Part shown: positions 48,094 through 59,392 of the stretch, in pieces
Layout of the letters: every line of letters starts with the position of its first letter
How positions within the stretch are numbered: the stretch's first letter is position 1
Source: Escherichia coli
Lineage (GTDB): Bacteria; Pseudomonadota; Gammaproteobacteria; Enterobacterales; Enterobacteriaceae
Strand: one strand, 5' to 3'
Length of the DNA: 64,000 nt
Assembly: GCF_030384885.1 (NCBI RefSeq)
Contig: NZ_CP128613.1
The notes under the pieces: model-generated
What the model was told of the DNA's origin: nothing
Databases searched by the model: none
The model's input: the letters and a program-made list of their open reading frames with translations, nothing else
Program-made: the position numbers and the translations under genes

Positions 48094-48915
48094 ATGAGCG
48101 ATATGCACTCGCTGCTGATAGCGGCAATATTGGGTGTGGTCGAAGGATTGACAGAATTTCTGCCGGTATCCAGCACGGGCCATATGATTATTGTCGGTCA
48201 CTTGTTGGGATTTGAGGGCGACACGGCGAAAACCTTTGAAGTCGTGATCCAGTTAGGATCAATTCTGGCGGTAGTAGTGATGTTCTGGCGGCGTCTGTTT
48301 GGCCTGATTGGCATTCACTTTGGTCGTCCGCTGCAACACGAAGGAGAAAGCAAAGGCCGTTTAACGCTGATCCACATTCTGCTTGGCATGATCCCAGCGG
48401 TAGTACTGGGGCTGTTGTTCCACGACACGATTAAGTCGTTGTTTAATCCAATAAATGTGATGTATGCGCTGGTCGTTGGCGGTCTGTTGCTGATTGCCGC
48501 CGAATGCCTGAAACCAAAAGAACCGCGTGCGCCGGGTCTCGATGATATGACCTATCGTCAGGCGTTTATGATTGGCTGCTTCCAGTGTCTGGCGCTGTGG
48601 CCAGGTTTCTCCCGTTCCGGGGCGACCATTTCAGGTGGGATGCTGATGGGTGTGAGCCGTTATGCGGCTTCTGAGTTCTCGTTCCTGCTGGCGGTGCCGA
48701 TGATGATGGGCGCAACGGCGCTCGATCTCTACAAAAGCTGGGACTTCCTGACAACCGGCGATATCCCGATGTTTGCCGTTGGGTTTATCACCGCTTTTGT
48801 GGTGGCGCTGATAGCGATTAAAACCTTCCTGCAATTGATTAAGCGCATTTCGTTTATCCCTTTCGCCATTTATCGCTTTATTGTGGCGGCTGCGGTGTAT
48901 GTCGTGTTCTTTTGA
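48094..48915 (+). CDS. uppP: Undecaprenyl-diphosphatase UppP/BacA (273 aa)
   Basis: ORF 48091..48915; [33 protein letters not shown]... Confidence 0.9.
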   Translation: MSDMHSLLIAAILGVVEGLTEFLPVSSTGHMIIVGHLLGFEGDTAKTFEVVIQLGSILAVVVMFWRRLFGLIGIHFGRPLQHEGESKGRLTLIHILLGMIPAVVLGLLFHDTIKSLFNPINVMYALVVGGLLLIAAECLKPKEPRAPGLDDMTYRQAFMIGCFQCLALWPGFSRSGATISGGMLMGVSRYAASEFSFLLAVPMMMGATALDLYKSWDFLTTGDIPMFAVGFITAFVVALIAIKTFLQLIKRISFIPFAIYRFIVAAAVYVVFF

Positions 48916-48927
48916 TTGAGGAATAGT

Positions 48928-48960
48928 GTCGGATATGACGCTTGTGCGTCTTATCCGACC
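48928..48960. repeat. REP-like palindrome after uppP
   Basis: gtcggatatgacgcttgtgcgtcttatccgacc. Confidence 0.5.
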
Positions 48961-48995
48961 TGGCCGGTGTTTGCAATAAATTGAAATTCAAGTGC

Positions 48996-50234
48996 TTAAT
49001 CAGGCTTTGGACAACGTTGTTCCTTCCAGCTGGCTACCGCCGCAATCCGCCGTCGGGTCAGCTCCTCGCGAATCTCCACACCTTTAAATCCCGCTTCAAC
49101 GACGGCTTTTGTCGGCACTGACTGTGCCACTTCCCAGGCTTCGCGCAACCAGCGGCCTTGCGGGTAGTCCGCTGATTCAAAACCGGTTCTGCCGCGCACA
49201 TCAGCCTCGCTGGTCAGCGCCAGTTGCTCGACACGCTGCGGTTTACGCCAGGCGTCGATGGAATCAAATAGTTTGACGATGGTTTTTGGGTTCAGCATTG
49301 GGAAGGTGTGGATGAGATCGTGAAACTCAGCCACCAGTCTGGCTAAATCGCGAATTTCATTTGGCACGCGCAGACGCTGGCATAGTTGTTCCACTAACTT
49401 CACACCCGCCGGGCCATGACCATGATGACGCGGCCAAAGTTCTGGCGGCGTCAGTCCTTTACCGAGATCGTGGCATAGCGTTGCGAAACGGACATCGACC
49501 TGCGGACTTAGCATCGCCGCCATTGAGAGCGTCATTAAGGTGTGAATACCGGTGTCGATTTCCGGATGCCACTTGGCAGGGGCCGGAACGCCAAACAGGG
49601 CGTCAATTTCCGGGAATAAAACGCGCAGTGCGCCGCAATCGCGCAGTACCTGGAAGAACACCTGGGGATTGCGGGTAGTGAGGGCGCTTTCCGTCTCTTT
49701 CCACACCCGTTCAGGCGTCAGGTGTTCCAGTTCACCCGCGTGGGTCATCTCGCGCATCAGCGCCAGCGTTTCATCGGCAATACGAAAACCGAGGTGGGCA
49801 TAACGCGCAGCAAAACGCGCCACGCGCAGTACGCGTAACGGATCTTCGCCAAAAGCGGGGGAAACATGGCGCAACAGACGATTTTGCAGATCGCCCAGAC
49901 CGTTGTACGGGTCGATAATCTCGCCGTTATCGTCCTGGGCCAGCGCATTAATGGTCAGATCGCGCCGCTTAAGATCATCTTCCAGCGTGACATCCGGTGC
50001 GGCATAGCAGGTAAAACCGGTGTAACCGGAACCGGATTTCCGTTCGGTACGTGCCAGCGCATACTCTTCATGCGTTTGCGGATGCAGAAAAACAGGAAAA
50101 TCGCGGCCTACCTGCTGGTAGCCCGCGTCGAGCATCTCCTGTGGCGTACTACCGACTACCACCCAATCTCTGTCTTTGACCGGTAGCCCTAACAATGCAT
50201 CCCGAACAGCACCACCGACCAGATAAATCTTCAC
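48996..50234 (-). CDS. cca: tRNA nucleotidyltransferase (CCA-adding enzyme) Cca (412 aa)
   Basis: ORF track 412 aa [66 protein letters not shown]... Confidence 0.9.
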   Translation of the reverse strand: MKIYLVGGAVRDALLGLPVKDRDWVVVGSTPQEMLDAGYQQVGRDFPVFLHPQTHEEYALARTERKSGSGYTGFTCYAAPDVTLEDDLKRRDLTINALAQDDNGEIIDPYNGLGDLQNRLLRHVSPAFGEDPLRVLRVARFAARYAHLGFRIADETLALMREMTHAGELEHLTPERVWKETESALTTRNPQVFFQVLRDCGALRVLFPEIDALFGVPAPAKWHPEIDTGIHTLMTLSMAAMLSPQVDVRFATLCHDLGKGLTPPELWPRHHGHGPAGVKLVEQLCQRLRVPNEIRDLARLVAEFHDLIHTFPMLNPKTIVKLFDSIDAWRKPQRVEQLALTSEADVRGRTGFESADYPQGRWLREAWEVAQSVPTKAVVEAGFKGVEIREELTRRRIAAVASWKEQRCPKPD

Positions 50235-50297
50235 GCCATCATCCCTTCGTCAAATACACAATTCCTAATAATAAGACAGTGCAACGAAGAAGGCGAT

Positions 50298-50918
50298 TTA
50301 GTTCATCCAGCGATCTTTACGTTTGCGCGTTGGGATCAGGTGCGGCAGTACCAGACCGAGCAGCAAGCCAAGCCCCAGCACGCCGCCACCATACATAAAC
50401 CACTGCATGATGATGGTGCGCTGTTTGTCATCCAGCTGTACGCTGGCGGCATCGACCTTTTTCTGCGCGACAATCAGCTCGTTTTTCAGTTTCTGATTTT
50501 CTTCTTTTAACCCGTTGATCACGCTGTCGCTCTGCGCCACTTTTTGCTGCATTTCTGCGGTGCGCTGATTCCAGGTGTTATCGATATTGGTGAGCTTATC
50601 GGTCAGGGTTTTGACCTGATTTTCCAGATCTGGCACACGGGAGCGCAGGCTTGGCTCTGTGCTAAGTTGTTTCAACGGGATCCAGGCGGTACGGCCAGAG
50701 CTGTCTTTCACCTGGGCATAATTGGTGTTGGCATCAGTTTGTAATAAGGTCACTTCCTCGCCGGCGTTAACCGTGCCCACGAGGCGATAATGGTCTCCCG
50801 GACCGCTACGGACCCAGGTATTCAGTTCGTCGGAAACATAGCGCGTTTCTTCAGCGTGTGAGACGGCAGTCGCGCTAAGTGCGAGTAAAGTTAATCCGAT
50901 CAGGCGTAATTTTGGCAT
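50298..50918 (-). CDS. ygiM: SH3-domain membrane protein YgiM (206 aa)
   Basis: ORF track 206 aa MPKLRLIGLTLLALSATAVSHAEETRYVSDELNTWVRSGPGDHYRLVGTVNAGEEV...; signal peptide, SH3b, coiled coil, C-terminal TM. Confidence 0.85.
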   Translation of the reverse strand: MPKLRLIGLTLLALSATAVSHAEETRYVSDELNTWVRSGPGDHYRLVGTVNAGEEVTLLQTDANTNYAQVKDSSGRTAWIPLKQLSTEPSLRSRVPDLENQVKTLTDKLTNIDNTWNQRTAEMQQKVAQSDSVINGLKEENQKLKNELIVAQKKVDAASVQLDDKQRTIIMQWFMYGGGVLGLGLLLGLVLPHLIPTRKRKDRWMN

Positions 50919-51260
50919 CAGGCTGTCGTTATTGTCATGGAAAGTGGAACGATAGTAGTGGCATCAGTGTCGCTACGCAAAGCATTCGACATCAATCGGA
51001 ATCCTCTGTGTCAGGTCTTGCCACTGCTTCAAACTTTTACGCCCGTCAAATTGCCCGTTGCATGGCAATTTGGCGCAAAATACTATCTACTGACAAAAAA
51101 GATCGCATTAAGTTCGCCGTTCATCGTCACTTATGTGACATAACCGATAAGTAAAGGCTTTGACATCCTCCCCCACCTTCGCGCAAAGCGACTCAGGAGG
51201 GGGATTCCCTTGTCAGGGTAGCAATACGTTGCCGCATTGCCCGGTTCCTCGCTCGACGGC

Positions 51261-52466
51261 TTACGCCGCCTTACGGGCGCGTCCTTTACGGACTGACGGC
51301 AATATTTGTCCTGCCGCCATGACTTCAAAACCTGCTGTTAATATATTTCGAGCGCCGTTTACATCGGCGTTTGCCGTATAGCCGCACGCGGTACAGATAA
51401 AGCTCGCCTGCGCCCTGCGGTTAATTTTCGATGTATGCCCACAACATGCGCATTTCTGACTGGTGTACGCCGGATTAATCGCCAGCACATCACCGCCGCG
51501 CCATGCCTGCTTATATTCGAGCTGGCGGCGCATTTCTGCCCAGCCCTGATCCAGTATCGCTCGGTTAAGACCTGATTTTGCCGCGACGTTGCGCCCCGGC
51601 TGGTCTACCGTACCCGCTGCTGATTTTGACATGTTCGAAACCTTTAAATCCTCAATGACTATCATCGCGTGGTTTTTGCTGATCGTCGTCGTGGTTTTAT
51701 GAAGGTAATCGCGGCGGATGTTTGCGATATGAGAGTGGAAACGGGAAATCTTCGCTTTCTGCTTTTTCCAGTTGGCGGAGAATTTAACCTTCCGGGCCAG
51801 ATGGCGCTGTAAGCGAGCCAGCTTATCCTGATTTTTTTTAAAGCTGTTTACCGGTTCAAAGATCGTGCCGTCTGAAAGTGTTGCCAGCTTCGTTATACCT
51901 GCATCCAGGCCTATTGCGCTGGTCGATGCGTGAATCGGATCGGTAACAGCTAATTCGACCTGAAAAGACACATACCAGTGTCCGGCATGCTGGCTGATGG
52001 TGCAATTTTTAATGACGCCTTCAATCTTCCGGGACTGACGAAATTTAACCCAGCCCAGTCCTGACGGGAGTTTCACACGGCCATAATCCAGCCCACAATA
52101 TTTGCTGAAATTGACGAACCGGATAGAGTCGCAGCCTTTGGTTTTCTTTTTGAAAACGGGCTTTTCAGCCGTCAGGGATTTATCAAAACAGCGATCCCAT
52201 GCGCTCCGCAGGTCTTTCAGTTTCTGCTGGAGGTTGTCAGTGTAACCCTCAGCAAGAAAGGCCAGCTCAGGGAGTTTTTTCCAGCCCGTAAGTCGTTTAT
52301 TCAGGTCGAAAGCTGACGGAATTTTTCCGCCCGCGTCATGAATGCTCAGTGTTTCATTCAGTGCATAGTTCCAGACAAAGCGAGCGCAACCGCACAACTG
52401 ACGCAACCTTTGCGCCTGCTGGTCAGTGGGGTAGAGCCTGTATTTATATGCTTTCTGGATTAACAT
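51261..52466 (-). CDS. tnpB: TnpB (IS200/IS605 OrfB; RuvC-like RNA-guided endonuclease, 401 aa)
   Basis: ORF track 401 aa MLIQKAYKYRLYPTDQQAQRLRQLCGCARFVWNYALN...; RuvC motifs (IGLDAGI, VIEDLKV, NADVNGARNI) and CxxC...CxxC zinc finger (CACCGHTSKINRRAQASFICTACGY). Confidence 0.85.
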   Translation of the reverse strand: MLIQKAYKYRLYPTDQQAQRLRQLCGCARFVWNYALNETLSIHDAGGKIPSAFDLNKRLTGWKKLPELAFLAEGYTDNLQQKLKDLRSAWDRCFDKSLTAEKPVFKKKTKGCDSIRFVNFSKYCGLDYGRVKLPSGLGWVKFRQSRKIEGVIKNCTISQHAGHWYVSFQVELAVTDPIHASTSAIGLDAGITKLATLSDGTIFEPVNSFKKNQDKLARLQRHLARKVKFSANWKKQKAKISRFHSHIANIRRDYLHKTTTTISKNHAMIVIEDLKVSNMSKSAAGTVDQPGRNVAAKSGLNRAILDQGWAEMRRQLEYKQAWRGGDVLAINPAYTSQKCACCGHTSKINRRAQASFICTACGYTANADVNGARNILTAGFEVMAAGQILPSVRKGRARKAA

Positions 52467-52532
52467 TTTGCATTCAGTATGTGGTTATTTAGAATGTACA
52501 ATATATCCACATTTTTTTGGGAGGATCAATAC

Positions 52533-52931
52533 GTGTGCGAAATCAATCGTTCACGCTATTCAGCTTACCTGTTGCATGTTCACGTTGTTTTTATGACAAA
52601 ATACCGCCGTCCAGTTTTTGGTGAATTGCATCATGCAAACATGCGTCAGTATGTAGCGGAGGTATGCGCGGACTTTGGCGCCGAGTTAAAGGAATGTGAC
52701 GGCGAGGCAGATCATGTTCACATGCTGATTGAATACCCACCGTTGGTGCAACTCACAAAGCTGGTAAACAGCCTTAAGTCCGTTACCAGTAGGCGGCTGC
52801 GGAATGATTTTATTGATTTGCGCGCCGCGTATTCAAAGCCCGTACTCTGGTCACGCTCTTATTTCATCGGTTCATGTGGTGGAGCACCGCTGGAAGTTGT
52901 GAAAAAGTATATTCAGAATCAGCGTGGCTGA
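52533..52931 (+). CDS. tnpA: TnpA, IS200-type Y1 HUH transposase (about 132 aa from GTG; ORF-track ATG at 52479 gives 150 aa)
   Basis: HUH motif ADHVHMLIEY and catalytic Tyr region LWSRSYFIGSCGG; strong GGGAGGA Shine-Dalgarno 7 nt before in-frame GTG at 52533. Confidence 0.8.
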   Translation: MCEINRSRYSAYLLHVHVVFMTKYRRPVFGELHHANMRQYVAEVCADFGAELKECDGEADHVHMLIEYPPLVQLTKLVNSLKSVTSRRLRNDFIDLRAAYSKPVLWSRSYFIGSCGGAPLEVVKKYIQNQRG

Positions 52932-53001
52932 TAAACTGCGGGCTTAACAGCCCAAATTCCCCTCCCGCCTACGTTGGGGGGGAGTACCCAGTGGAGGAAG
53001 G

Positions 53002-54303
53002 ATGGCTCAGGAAATCGAATTAAAGTTTATTGTTAATCACAGTGCCGTTGAGGCGTTGCGTGACCATCTCAATACGCTGGGCGGCGAGCACCATGACCCC
53101 GTGCAGTTGCTGAATATTTACTACGAAACGCCGGATAACTGGTTGCGTGAACACGATATGGGCTTACGTATTCGTGGCGAAAACGGCCGCTATGAGATGA
53201 CCATGAAAGTCGCTGGAAGAGTGACTGGCGGTTTACACCAGCGCCCGGAATATAACGTGGCGTTGAGCGAACCGACGCTCGACCTGGCGCAGTTACCGAC
53301 GGAAGTCTGGCCGAACGGCGAATTGCCTGCCGATCTCGCTTCCCGCGTACAACCGCTGTTCAGCACCGATTTTTATCGCGAAAAGTGGCTGGTGGAACTC
53401 GATGGCAGCCGAATTGAAATCGCTCTCGATCAGGGCGAGGTGAAGGCGGGCGAATTTGCTGAGCCTATCTGCGAGCTGGAACTGGAGCTGCTTAGCGGCG
53501 ACACGCGCGCGGTGCTGAAACTGGCGAACCAACTGGTATCGCAAACCGGATTACGCCAGGGCAGCCTGAGCAAAGCGGCGCGTGGCTATCATCTGGCGCA
53601 GGGCAATCCCGCGCGTGAAATCAAACCCACCACCATTTTGCATGTTGCGGCAAAAGCTGATGTGGAACAGGGGCTGGAAGCGGCGCTCGAGCTGGCGTTA
53701 GCGCAATGGCAGTATCATGAAGAACTCTGGGTCCGCGGCAACGATGCGGCGAAAGAGCAAGTGCTGGCTGCCATTGGCCTGGTCCGTCATACGCTGATGC
53801 TGTTCGGTGGCATTGTGCCGCGTAAAGCGAGCACTCACTTACGTGACCTGCTGACTCAATGCGAAGCGACCATCGCATCTGCGGTATCTGCCGTGACGGC
53901 GGTCTACTCTACCGAAACGGCGATGGCGAAGCTGGCGTTGACCGAATGGCTGGTAAGCAAAGCCTGGCAGCCGTTTTTAGATGCCAAAGCGCAGGGCAAA
54001 ATCAGCGATTCCTTCAAACGCTTTGCCGATATCCATCTTTCCCGCCATGCCGCTGAACTGAAAAGCGTTTTCTGCCAGCCGTTGGGCGATCGCTACCGTG
54101 ACCAGCTGCCACGCCTGACGCGTGACATTGACTCAATATTGTTGCTGGCGGGTTACTACGATCCTCTTGTCGCGCAAGCCTGGCTGGAGAACTGGCAGGG
54201 ACTGCGTCATGCCATTGCGACCGGGCAACGCATTGAAATTGAACATTTCCGTAATGAGGCAAACAATCAGGAACCGTTCTGGTTGCACAGCGGAAAACGT
54301 TAA
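53002..54303 (+). CDS. ygiF: Inorganic triphosphatase YgiF (CYTH domain, 433 aa)
   Basis: ORF track 433 aa [45 protein letters not shown]...; GGAGGAAGG Shine-Dalgarno. Confidence 0.9.
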   Translation: MAQEIELKFIVNHSAVEALRDHLNTLGGEHHDPVQLLNIYYETPDNWLREHDMGLRIRGENGRYEMTMKVAGRVTGGLHQRPEYNVALSEPTLDLAQLPTEVWPNGELPADLASRVQPLFSTDFYREKWLVELDGSRIEIALDQGEVKAGEFAEPICELELELLSGDTRAVLKLANQLVSQTGLRQGSLSKAARGYHLAQGNPAREIKPTTILHVAAKADVEQGLEAALELALAQWQYHEELWVRGNDAAKEQVLAAIGLVRHTLMLFGGIVPRKASTHLRDLLTQCEATIASAVSAVTAVYSTETAMAKLALTEWLVSKAWQPFLDAKAQGKISDSFKRFADIHLSRHAAELKSVFCQPLGDRYRDQLPRLTRDIDSILLLAGYYDPLVAQAWLENWQGLRHAIATGQRIEIEHFRNEANNQEPFWLHSGKR

Positions 54304-54325
54304 TCAGCCAAGGATAAAATCGCTT

Positions 54326-57166
54326 ATGAAGCCGCTCTCTTCACCGTTACAGCAGTACTGGCAGACCGTTGTTGAGCGGCTGCCAGCGCCTTTAGCCGAG
54401 GAATCACTTAGCGCACAGGCGAAGTTAGTACTTACTTTTAGTGATTTTGTGCAGGACAGCGTAATTGCGCATCCAGAGTGGCTGACGGAACTGGAAAGCC
54501 AGCCGCCGCAGGCCGACGAATGGCAGCATTACGCTGCATGGTTGCAGAAGGCGCTCAGTGATGTAAGCGACGAAGCAGGGTTAATGCGCGAGCTGCGTCT
54601 GTTCCGGCGGCGCATTATGGTGCGCATTGCCTGGGCGCAAACGCTGGCACTGGTTACTGAAGAGAGCATATTGCAGCAGCTCAGCCATCTGGCGGAGACA
54701 TTGATTGTCGCCGCGCGTGACTGGCTGTATGAGGCCTGCTGTCGCGAGTGGGGAACGCCGTGCAATGCGCAGGGTGAAGCGCAACCGCTGCTGATTTTAG
54801 GCATGGGTAAACTGGGCGGCGGGGAGCTGAATTTTTCCTCAGATATCGATCTGATTTTTGTCTGGCCGGAACATGGTTGCACGCAGGGCGGACGCAGGGA
54901 ACTGGATAACGCTCAGTTCTTTACCCGCATGGGTCAGCGGCTGATTAAAGTGCTGGATCAACCAACGCAGGATGGTTTTGTTTATCGCGTGGATATGCGA
55001 CTGCGTCCGTTTGGCGAAAGTGGCCCGCTGGTGCTGAGCTTTGCGGCACTGGAAGACTATTACCAGGAGCAGGGGCGCGACTGGGAGCGATACGCCATGG
55101 TCAAGGCGCGGATTATGGGCGATAGCGACGGCGTCTATGCTAACGAGTTGCGTGCGATGCTGCGCCCGTTTGTTTTCCGCCGTTACATCGATTTCAGCGT
55201 CATCCAGTCGCTGCGCAACATGAAAGGGATGATTGCCCGTGAAGTACGTCGTCGTGGTTTGACCGATAACATCAAACTTGGCGCGGGTGGCATTCGCGAA
55301 ATTGAATTTATCGTTCAGGTGTTCCAGCTCATTCGCGGTGGGCGCGAGCCGTCGCTGCAATCCCGCTCTTTACTACCCACTCTCAGCACCATTGCCGAGC
55401 TGCATCTGCTTTCTGAAAACGATGCCGAACAATTGCGAGTGGCGTATCTCTTCCTGCGGCGTCTGGAAAATCTGCTGCAAAGCATTAACGACGAACAAAC
55501 TCAGACGCTTCCTTCTGATGAGCTTAACCGTGCGCGGCTGGCGTGGGCGATGGACTTTGCTGACTGGCCGCAACTGACCGGGGCGCTGACCGTACATATG
55601 ACCAATGTGCGCCGGGTGTTTAATGAATTGATTGGCGACGACGAAAGCGAAACTCAGGAAGAGTCGCTGTCGGAACAGTGGCGTGAGCTGTGGCAGGATG
55701 CGTTGCAGGAAGATGACACTACGCCAGTGCTGGCGCATCTTAGCGAAGATGATCGCAAACAGGTGCTGACGCTGATTGCTGATTTCCGCAAAGAGCTGGA
55801 TAAGCGCACTATTGGGCCGCGAGGACGTCAGGTGCTCGACCATCTGATGCCGCATCTGCTAAGTGATGTCTGTGCGCGTGAAGACGCTGCTGTCACGTTG
55901 TCGCGCATTACCGCCTTGCTGGTGGGGATTGTCACCCGTACGACCTATCTTGAACTGCTTAGTGAATTCCCTGCGGCGCTTAAACATTTGATTTCGCTGT
56001 GCGCCGCATCGCCGATGATTGCCAGCCAACTGGCGCGTTATCCGTTATTACTGGATGAACTGCTCGATCCAAACACTCTCTACCAGCCGACGGCGACCGA
56101 TGCTTACCGTGATGAGTTGCGCCAGTATTTGCTGCGCGTGCCGGAAGATGACGAAGAACAACAGCTTGAGGCGCTGCGTCAGTTTAAACAGGCGCAACTG
56201 TTACGTATTGCGGCAGCGGATATTGCGGGTACGCTGCCGGTAATGAAAGTGAGCGATCACTTAACCTGGCTGGCAGAAGCCATGATAGATGCTGTCGTAC
56301 AACAGGCATGGGTTCAAATGGTTGCCCGCTACGGTAAGCCAAATCACCTGAACGAACGCGAAGGGCGTGGTTTTGCGGTGGTCGGCTACGGCAAGCTGGG
56401 CGGCTGGGAGTTAGGCTACAGTTCCGATCTTGACCTGATCTTCCTCCATGATTGCCCAATGGATGCGATGACTGACGGCGAGCGGGAAATCGACGGGCGA
56501 CAGTTTTATCTGCGTCTGGCGCAACGCATTATGCATCTGTTCAGTACGCGAACCTCTTCCGGCATTTTGTATGAAGTGGATGCTCGACTGCGTCCGTCCG
56601 GGGCGGCGGGAATGCTGGTCACCTCTGCAGAAGCGTTTTCCGATTATCAGAAAAACGAGGCCTGGACGTGGGAACATCAGGCGCTGGTGCGTGCGCGTGT
56701 AGTGTACGGCGATCCGCAGCTCACCGCGCACTTTGACGCGGTGCGTCGCGAGATTATGACGCTGCCGCGTGAAGGTAAAACTCTGCAAACGGAAGTGCGG
56801 GAAATGCGCGAGAAAATGCGCGCTCATCTCGGCAATAAACATCGCGATCGCTTTGATATCAAAGCCGATGAAGGCGGAATTACCGATATCGAATTTATTA
56901 CCCAATATCTGGTGTTGCGCTACGCTCATGAAAAACCGAAGTTAACGCGCTGGTCAGACAACGTGCGTATTCTGGAGCTGCTGGCGCAAAACGACATTAT
57001 GGAAGAGCAGGAAGCGATGGTGCTGACCCGTGCTTACACTACGCTGCGCGATGAACTTCATCATCTGGCATTACAGGAATTGCCGGGCCATGTGTCGGAG
57101 GATTGCTTCACCGCAGAGCGTGATCTGGTGCGGGCAAGCTGGCAGAAGTGGCTGGTGGAAGAATGA
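54326..57166 (+). CDS. glnE: Glutamine synthetase adenylyltransferase GlnE (946 aa)
   Basis: ORF 54122..57166; start at [28 protein letters not shown] (ATG 54326) gives 946 aa; two nucleotidyltransferase domains. Confidence 0.95.
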   Translation: MKPLSSPLQQYWQTVVERLPAPLAEESLSAQAKLVLTFSDFVQDSVIAHPEWLTELESQPPQADEWQHYAAWLQKALSDVSDEAGLMRELRLFRRRIMVRIAWAQTLALVTEESILQQLSHLAETLIVAARDWLYEACCREWGTPCNAQGEAQPLLILGMGKLGGGELNFSSDIDLIFVWPEHGCTQGGRRELDNAQFFTRMGQRLIKVLDQPTQDGFVYRVDMRLRPFGESGPLVLSFAALEDYYQEQGRDWERYAMVKARIMGDSDGVYANELRAMLRPFVFRRYIDFSVIQSLRNMKGMIAREVRRRGLTDNIKLGAGGIREIEFIVQVFQLIRGGREPSLQSRSLLPTLSTIAELHLLSENDAEQLRVAYLFLRRLENLLQSINDEQTQTLPSDELNRARLAWAMDFADWPQLTGALTVHMTNVRRVFNELIGDDESETQEESLSEQWRELWQDALQEDDTTPVLAHLSEDDRKQVLTLIADFRKELDKRTIGPRGRQVLDHLMPHLLSDVCAREDAAVTLSRITALLVGIVTRTTYLELLSEFPAALKHLISLCAASPMIASQLARYPLLLDELLDPNTLYQPTATDAYRDELRQYLLRVPEDDEEQQLEALRQFKQAQLLRIAAADIAGTLPVMKVSDHLTWLAEAMIDAVVQQAWVQMVARYGKPNHLNEREGRGFAVVGYGKLGGWELGYSSDLDLIFLHDCPMDAMTDGEREIDGRQFYLRLAQRIMHLFSTRTSSGILYEVDARLRPSGAAGMLVTSAEAFSDYQKNEAWTWEHQALVRARVVYGDPQLTAHFDAVRREIMTLPREGKTLQTEVREMREKMRAHLGNKHRDRFDIKADEGGITDIEFITQYLVLRYAHEKPKLTRWSDNVRILELLAQNDIMEEQEAMVLTRAYTTLRDELHHLALQELPGHVSEDCFTAERDLVRASWQKWLVEE

Positions 57167-57213
57167 AGTATGGTATTATCGCGCGCAAATTTTGAATCTC
57201 TCAGGAGACAGGA

Positions 57214-58647
57214 ATGAAAGTAACGCTGCCAGAGTTTGAACGTGCAGGAGTGATGGTGGTTGGTGATGTGATGCTGGATCGTTACTGGTACGGTCCCACC
57301 AGCCGTATCTCGCCGGAAGCGCCGGTGCCCGTGGTTAAAGTGAATACCATCGAAGAACGTCCGGGCGGCGCGGCTAACGTGGCGATGAATATCGCTTCTC
57401 TCGGTGCTAATGCACGCCTGGTCGGGTTGACGGGCATTGACGATGCGGCGCGCGCGCTGAGTAAATCTCTGGCCGACGTCAACGTCAAATGCGACTTCGT
57501 TTCTGTACCGACGCATCCGACCATCACCAAATTACGGGTACTTTCCCGCAACCAACAGCTGATCCGTCTGGATTTTGAAGAAGGTTTCGAAGGGGTTGAT
57601 CCGCAGCCGCTGCACGAGCGGATTAATCAGGCGCTGAGTTCGATTGGCGCGCTGGTGCTCTCTGACTACGCGAAAGGTGCGCTGGCAAGCGTGCAGCAGA
57701 TGATCCAACTGGCGCGTAAAGCGGGCGTTCCGGTGCTGATTGATCCAAAAGGCACCGATTTTGAGCGCTACCGCGGCGCTACGCTGTTAACGCCGAATCT
57801 CTCGGAATTTGAAGCTGTTGTCGGTAAATGTAAGACCGAAGAAGAGATTGTTGAGCGCGGAATGAAACTGATTGCCGATTACGAACTCTCGGCTCTGTTG
57901 GTGACCCGTTCCGAACAAGGGATGACCCTGCTGCAACCGGGTAAAGCGCCGCTGCATATGCCAACCCAGGCGCAGGAAGTGTATGACGTTACCGGTGCGG
58001 GCGACACGGTGATTGGTGTGCTGGCGGCAACGCTGGCTGCGGGTAATTCGCTGGAAGAAGCCTGCTTCTTTGCCAATGCGGCGGCAGGCGTGGTGGTCGG
58101 CAAACTGGGGACATCCACGGTTTCGCCGATCGAGCTGGAAAATGCAGTACGTGGACGTGCAGATACCGGCTTTGGTGTGATGACCGAAGAGGAACTGAAG
58201 CTTGCTGTAGCGGCGGCGCGTAAACGCGGTGAAAAAGTGGTGATGACCAACGGCGTCTTCGACATCCTGCACGCCGGGCATGTCTCCTATCTGGCAAACG
58301 CCCGTAAACTGGGTGACCGTTTGATTGTCGCCGTCAACAGCGACGCCTCCACCAAACGGCTGAAAGGGGATTCCCGCCCCGTTAACCCTCTCGAACAGCG
58401 TATGATTGTGCTGGGGGCACTGGAAGCGGTCGACTGGGTGGTGTCGTTTGAAGAAGACACGCCGCAGCGCTTGATTGCCGGGATCTTGCCAGATCTGCTG
58501 GTGAAAGGCGGCGACTATAAACCAGAAGAGATTGCCGGGAGTAAAGAAGTCTGGGCCAACGGTGGCGAAGTGTTGGTGCTCAACTTTGAAGACGGTTGCT
58601 CAACGACCAACATCATCAAGAAGATCCAACAGGATAAAAAAGGCTAA
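57214..58647 (+). CDS. hldE: Bifunctional heptose 7-phosphate kinase / heptose 1-phosphate adenylyltransferase HldE (477 aa)
   Basis: ORF track 477 aa [43 protein letters not shown]... Confidence 0.95.
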   Translation: MKVTLPEFERAGVMVVGDVMLDRYWYGPTSRISPEAPVPVVKVNTIEERPGGAANVAMNIASLGANARLVGLTGIDDAARALSKSLADVNVKCDFVSVPTHPTITKLRVLSRNQQLIRLDFEEGFEGVDPQPLHERINQALSSIGALVLSDYAKGALASVQQMIQLARKAGVPVLIDPKGTDFERYRGATLLTPNLSEFEAVVGKCKTEEEIVERGMKLIADYELSALLVTRSEQGMTLLQPGKAPLHMPTQAQEVYDVTGAGDTVIGVLAATLAAGNSLEEACFFANAAAGVVVGKLGTSTVSPIELENAVRGRADTGFGVMTEEELKLAVAAARKRGEKVVMTNGVFDILHAGHVSYLANARKLGDRLIVAVNSDASTKRLKGDSRPVNPLEQRMIVLGALEAVDWVVSFEEDTPQRLIAGILPDLLVKGGDYKPEEIAGSKEVWANGGEVLVLNFEDGCSTTNIIKKIQQDKKG

Positions 58648-58724
58648 CCGGAAAGCGGTTCACAGATCTCGCTTCGAACCAGGCAGGCCTATTGACGCTG
58701 TTGTTTTTTCAACCTAAAGTAAAG

Positions 58725-58872
58725 GAACAAGGGTAAGGGAGGATTTCTCCCCCCTCTGAATTGGTTGTTAATAAGCCTGGAAACTTACTAGTAACAACAC
58801 AATCAGTATGATGACGAACTTCATCATAACCCTTTCCTTATGCAAGGCCCCTTCCTCGGGAGGGGCTTTCCC
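58725..58872 (+). ncRNA. sibE: Sib-type antisense sRNA (antitoxin of Ibs toxin), unit nearest hldE; 5' end approximate
   Basis: Plus-strand region fully antisense to the ibs ORF, ending in hairpin gcccct-tcctcggg-aggggc followed by tttcccgttt; plus-strand ORFs here (MMTNFIITLS...) are not taken as coding. Confidence 0.45.
58768..58827 (-). CDS. ibsE: Ibs-family type I toxin, 19-aa hydrophobic peptide MMKFVIILIVLLLVSFQAY
   Basis: Hand-translated minus-strand ORF (ATG ATG AAG TTC ... TAT TAA); typical Ibs sequence; symbol assigned from proximity to hldE and may be swapped with ibsD. Confidence 0.7.
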   Translation of the reverse strand: MMKFVIILIVLLLVSFQAY

Positions 58873-59101
58873 GTTTCAGCCCCTTGCTGGCTCCCCGATT
58901 GTTGATGAGCGCCGGACCCCGCGCAATGCTTTCCCTGATGCAGTTTTCTCTTCCCCGAGTCGGCTCGCAAAACGCTGTAACAACCTGATCATTTGCAGTT
59001 TTTTGTGGAACACAGATATAAAAAATCCCCGGTTTTTTGGGCCAGGGATATGTGTTAATGAAACCTTCTTGACGCTGATTTTTTTTCAACCTAAAGTAAA
59101 G

Positions 59102-59249
59102 GAACAAGGGTAAGGGAGGATTTCTCCCCCCTCTGAATTGGTTGTTAGTAAGTCGGGAAACTTAACAGTAACAACACAATCAGTATGATGACGAACTTCA
59201 TCATAACCCTTTCCTTATGCAAGGCCCCTTCCTCGGGAGGGGCTTTCCC
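59102..59249 (+). ncRNA. sibD: Sib-type antisense sRNA, second unit; 5' end approximate
   Basis: Second copy of the repeat; same terminator hairpin at 59224..59243. Confidence 0.45.
59145..59204 (-). CDS. ibsD: Ibs-family type I toxin, 19-aa peptide MMKFVIILIVLLLLSFPTY
   Basis: Hand-translated minus-strand ORF in the second repeat unit; differs from the first copy at four residues. Confidence 0.7.
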   Translation of the reverse strand: MMKFVIILIVLLLLSFPTY

Positions 59250-59392
59250 GTTTCAGCCCCTTGCTGATTCCCCGATTGTTGATGAGCGCCAGACCCCGCG
59301 CAATGCTTTCTCTTATGCAGTTTTCTCTTCCCCGAGTTGGCTCGCAAAACGCTGTAACAACCTGATCATTTGTACTTTTTAGCGGAACGCAG

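Larger units (their letters stand above)
51130..52995. mobile_element. IS200/IS605-family insertion sequence (IS605-type divergent tnpA/tnpB); ends approximate
   Basis: Divergently arranged Y1 HUH transposase and TnpB genes between ygiM and ygiF, flanked by structured ends (hairpins around 51131..51230 and 52932..52990); exact termini not determinable without a reference. Confidence 0.6.

Noticed and set aside
50879-51381. Several 60-90 aa ORFs between ygiM and tnpB
   Set aside because: They fall in the structured right end of the IS and the ygiM promoter region; hairpin-rich sequence, more likely RNA structure than coding.
58808-59382. Plus-strand ORFs of 101 aa and 65 aa (MMTNFIITLSLCKAPSSGGAFPFQPL...) in the two repeat units
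   Set aside because: They lie on the Sib antisense RNA strand, lack ribosome-binding sites and run through a terminator hairpin; the real coding sequence is the 19-aa Ibs peptide on the opposite strand.
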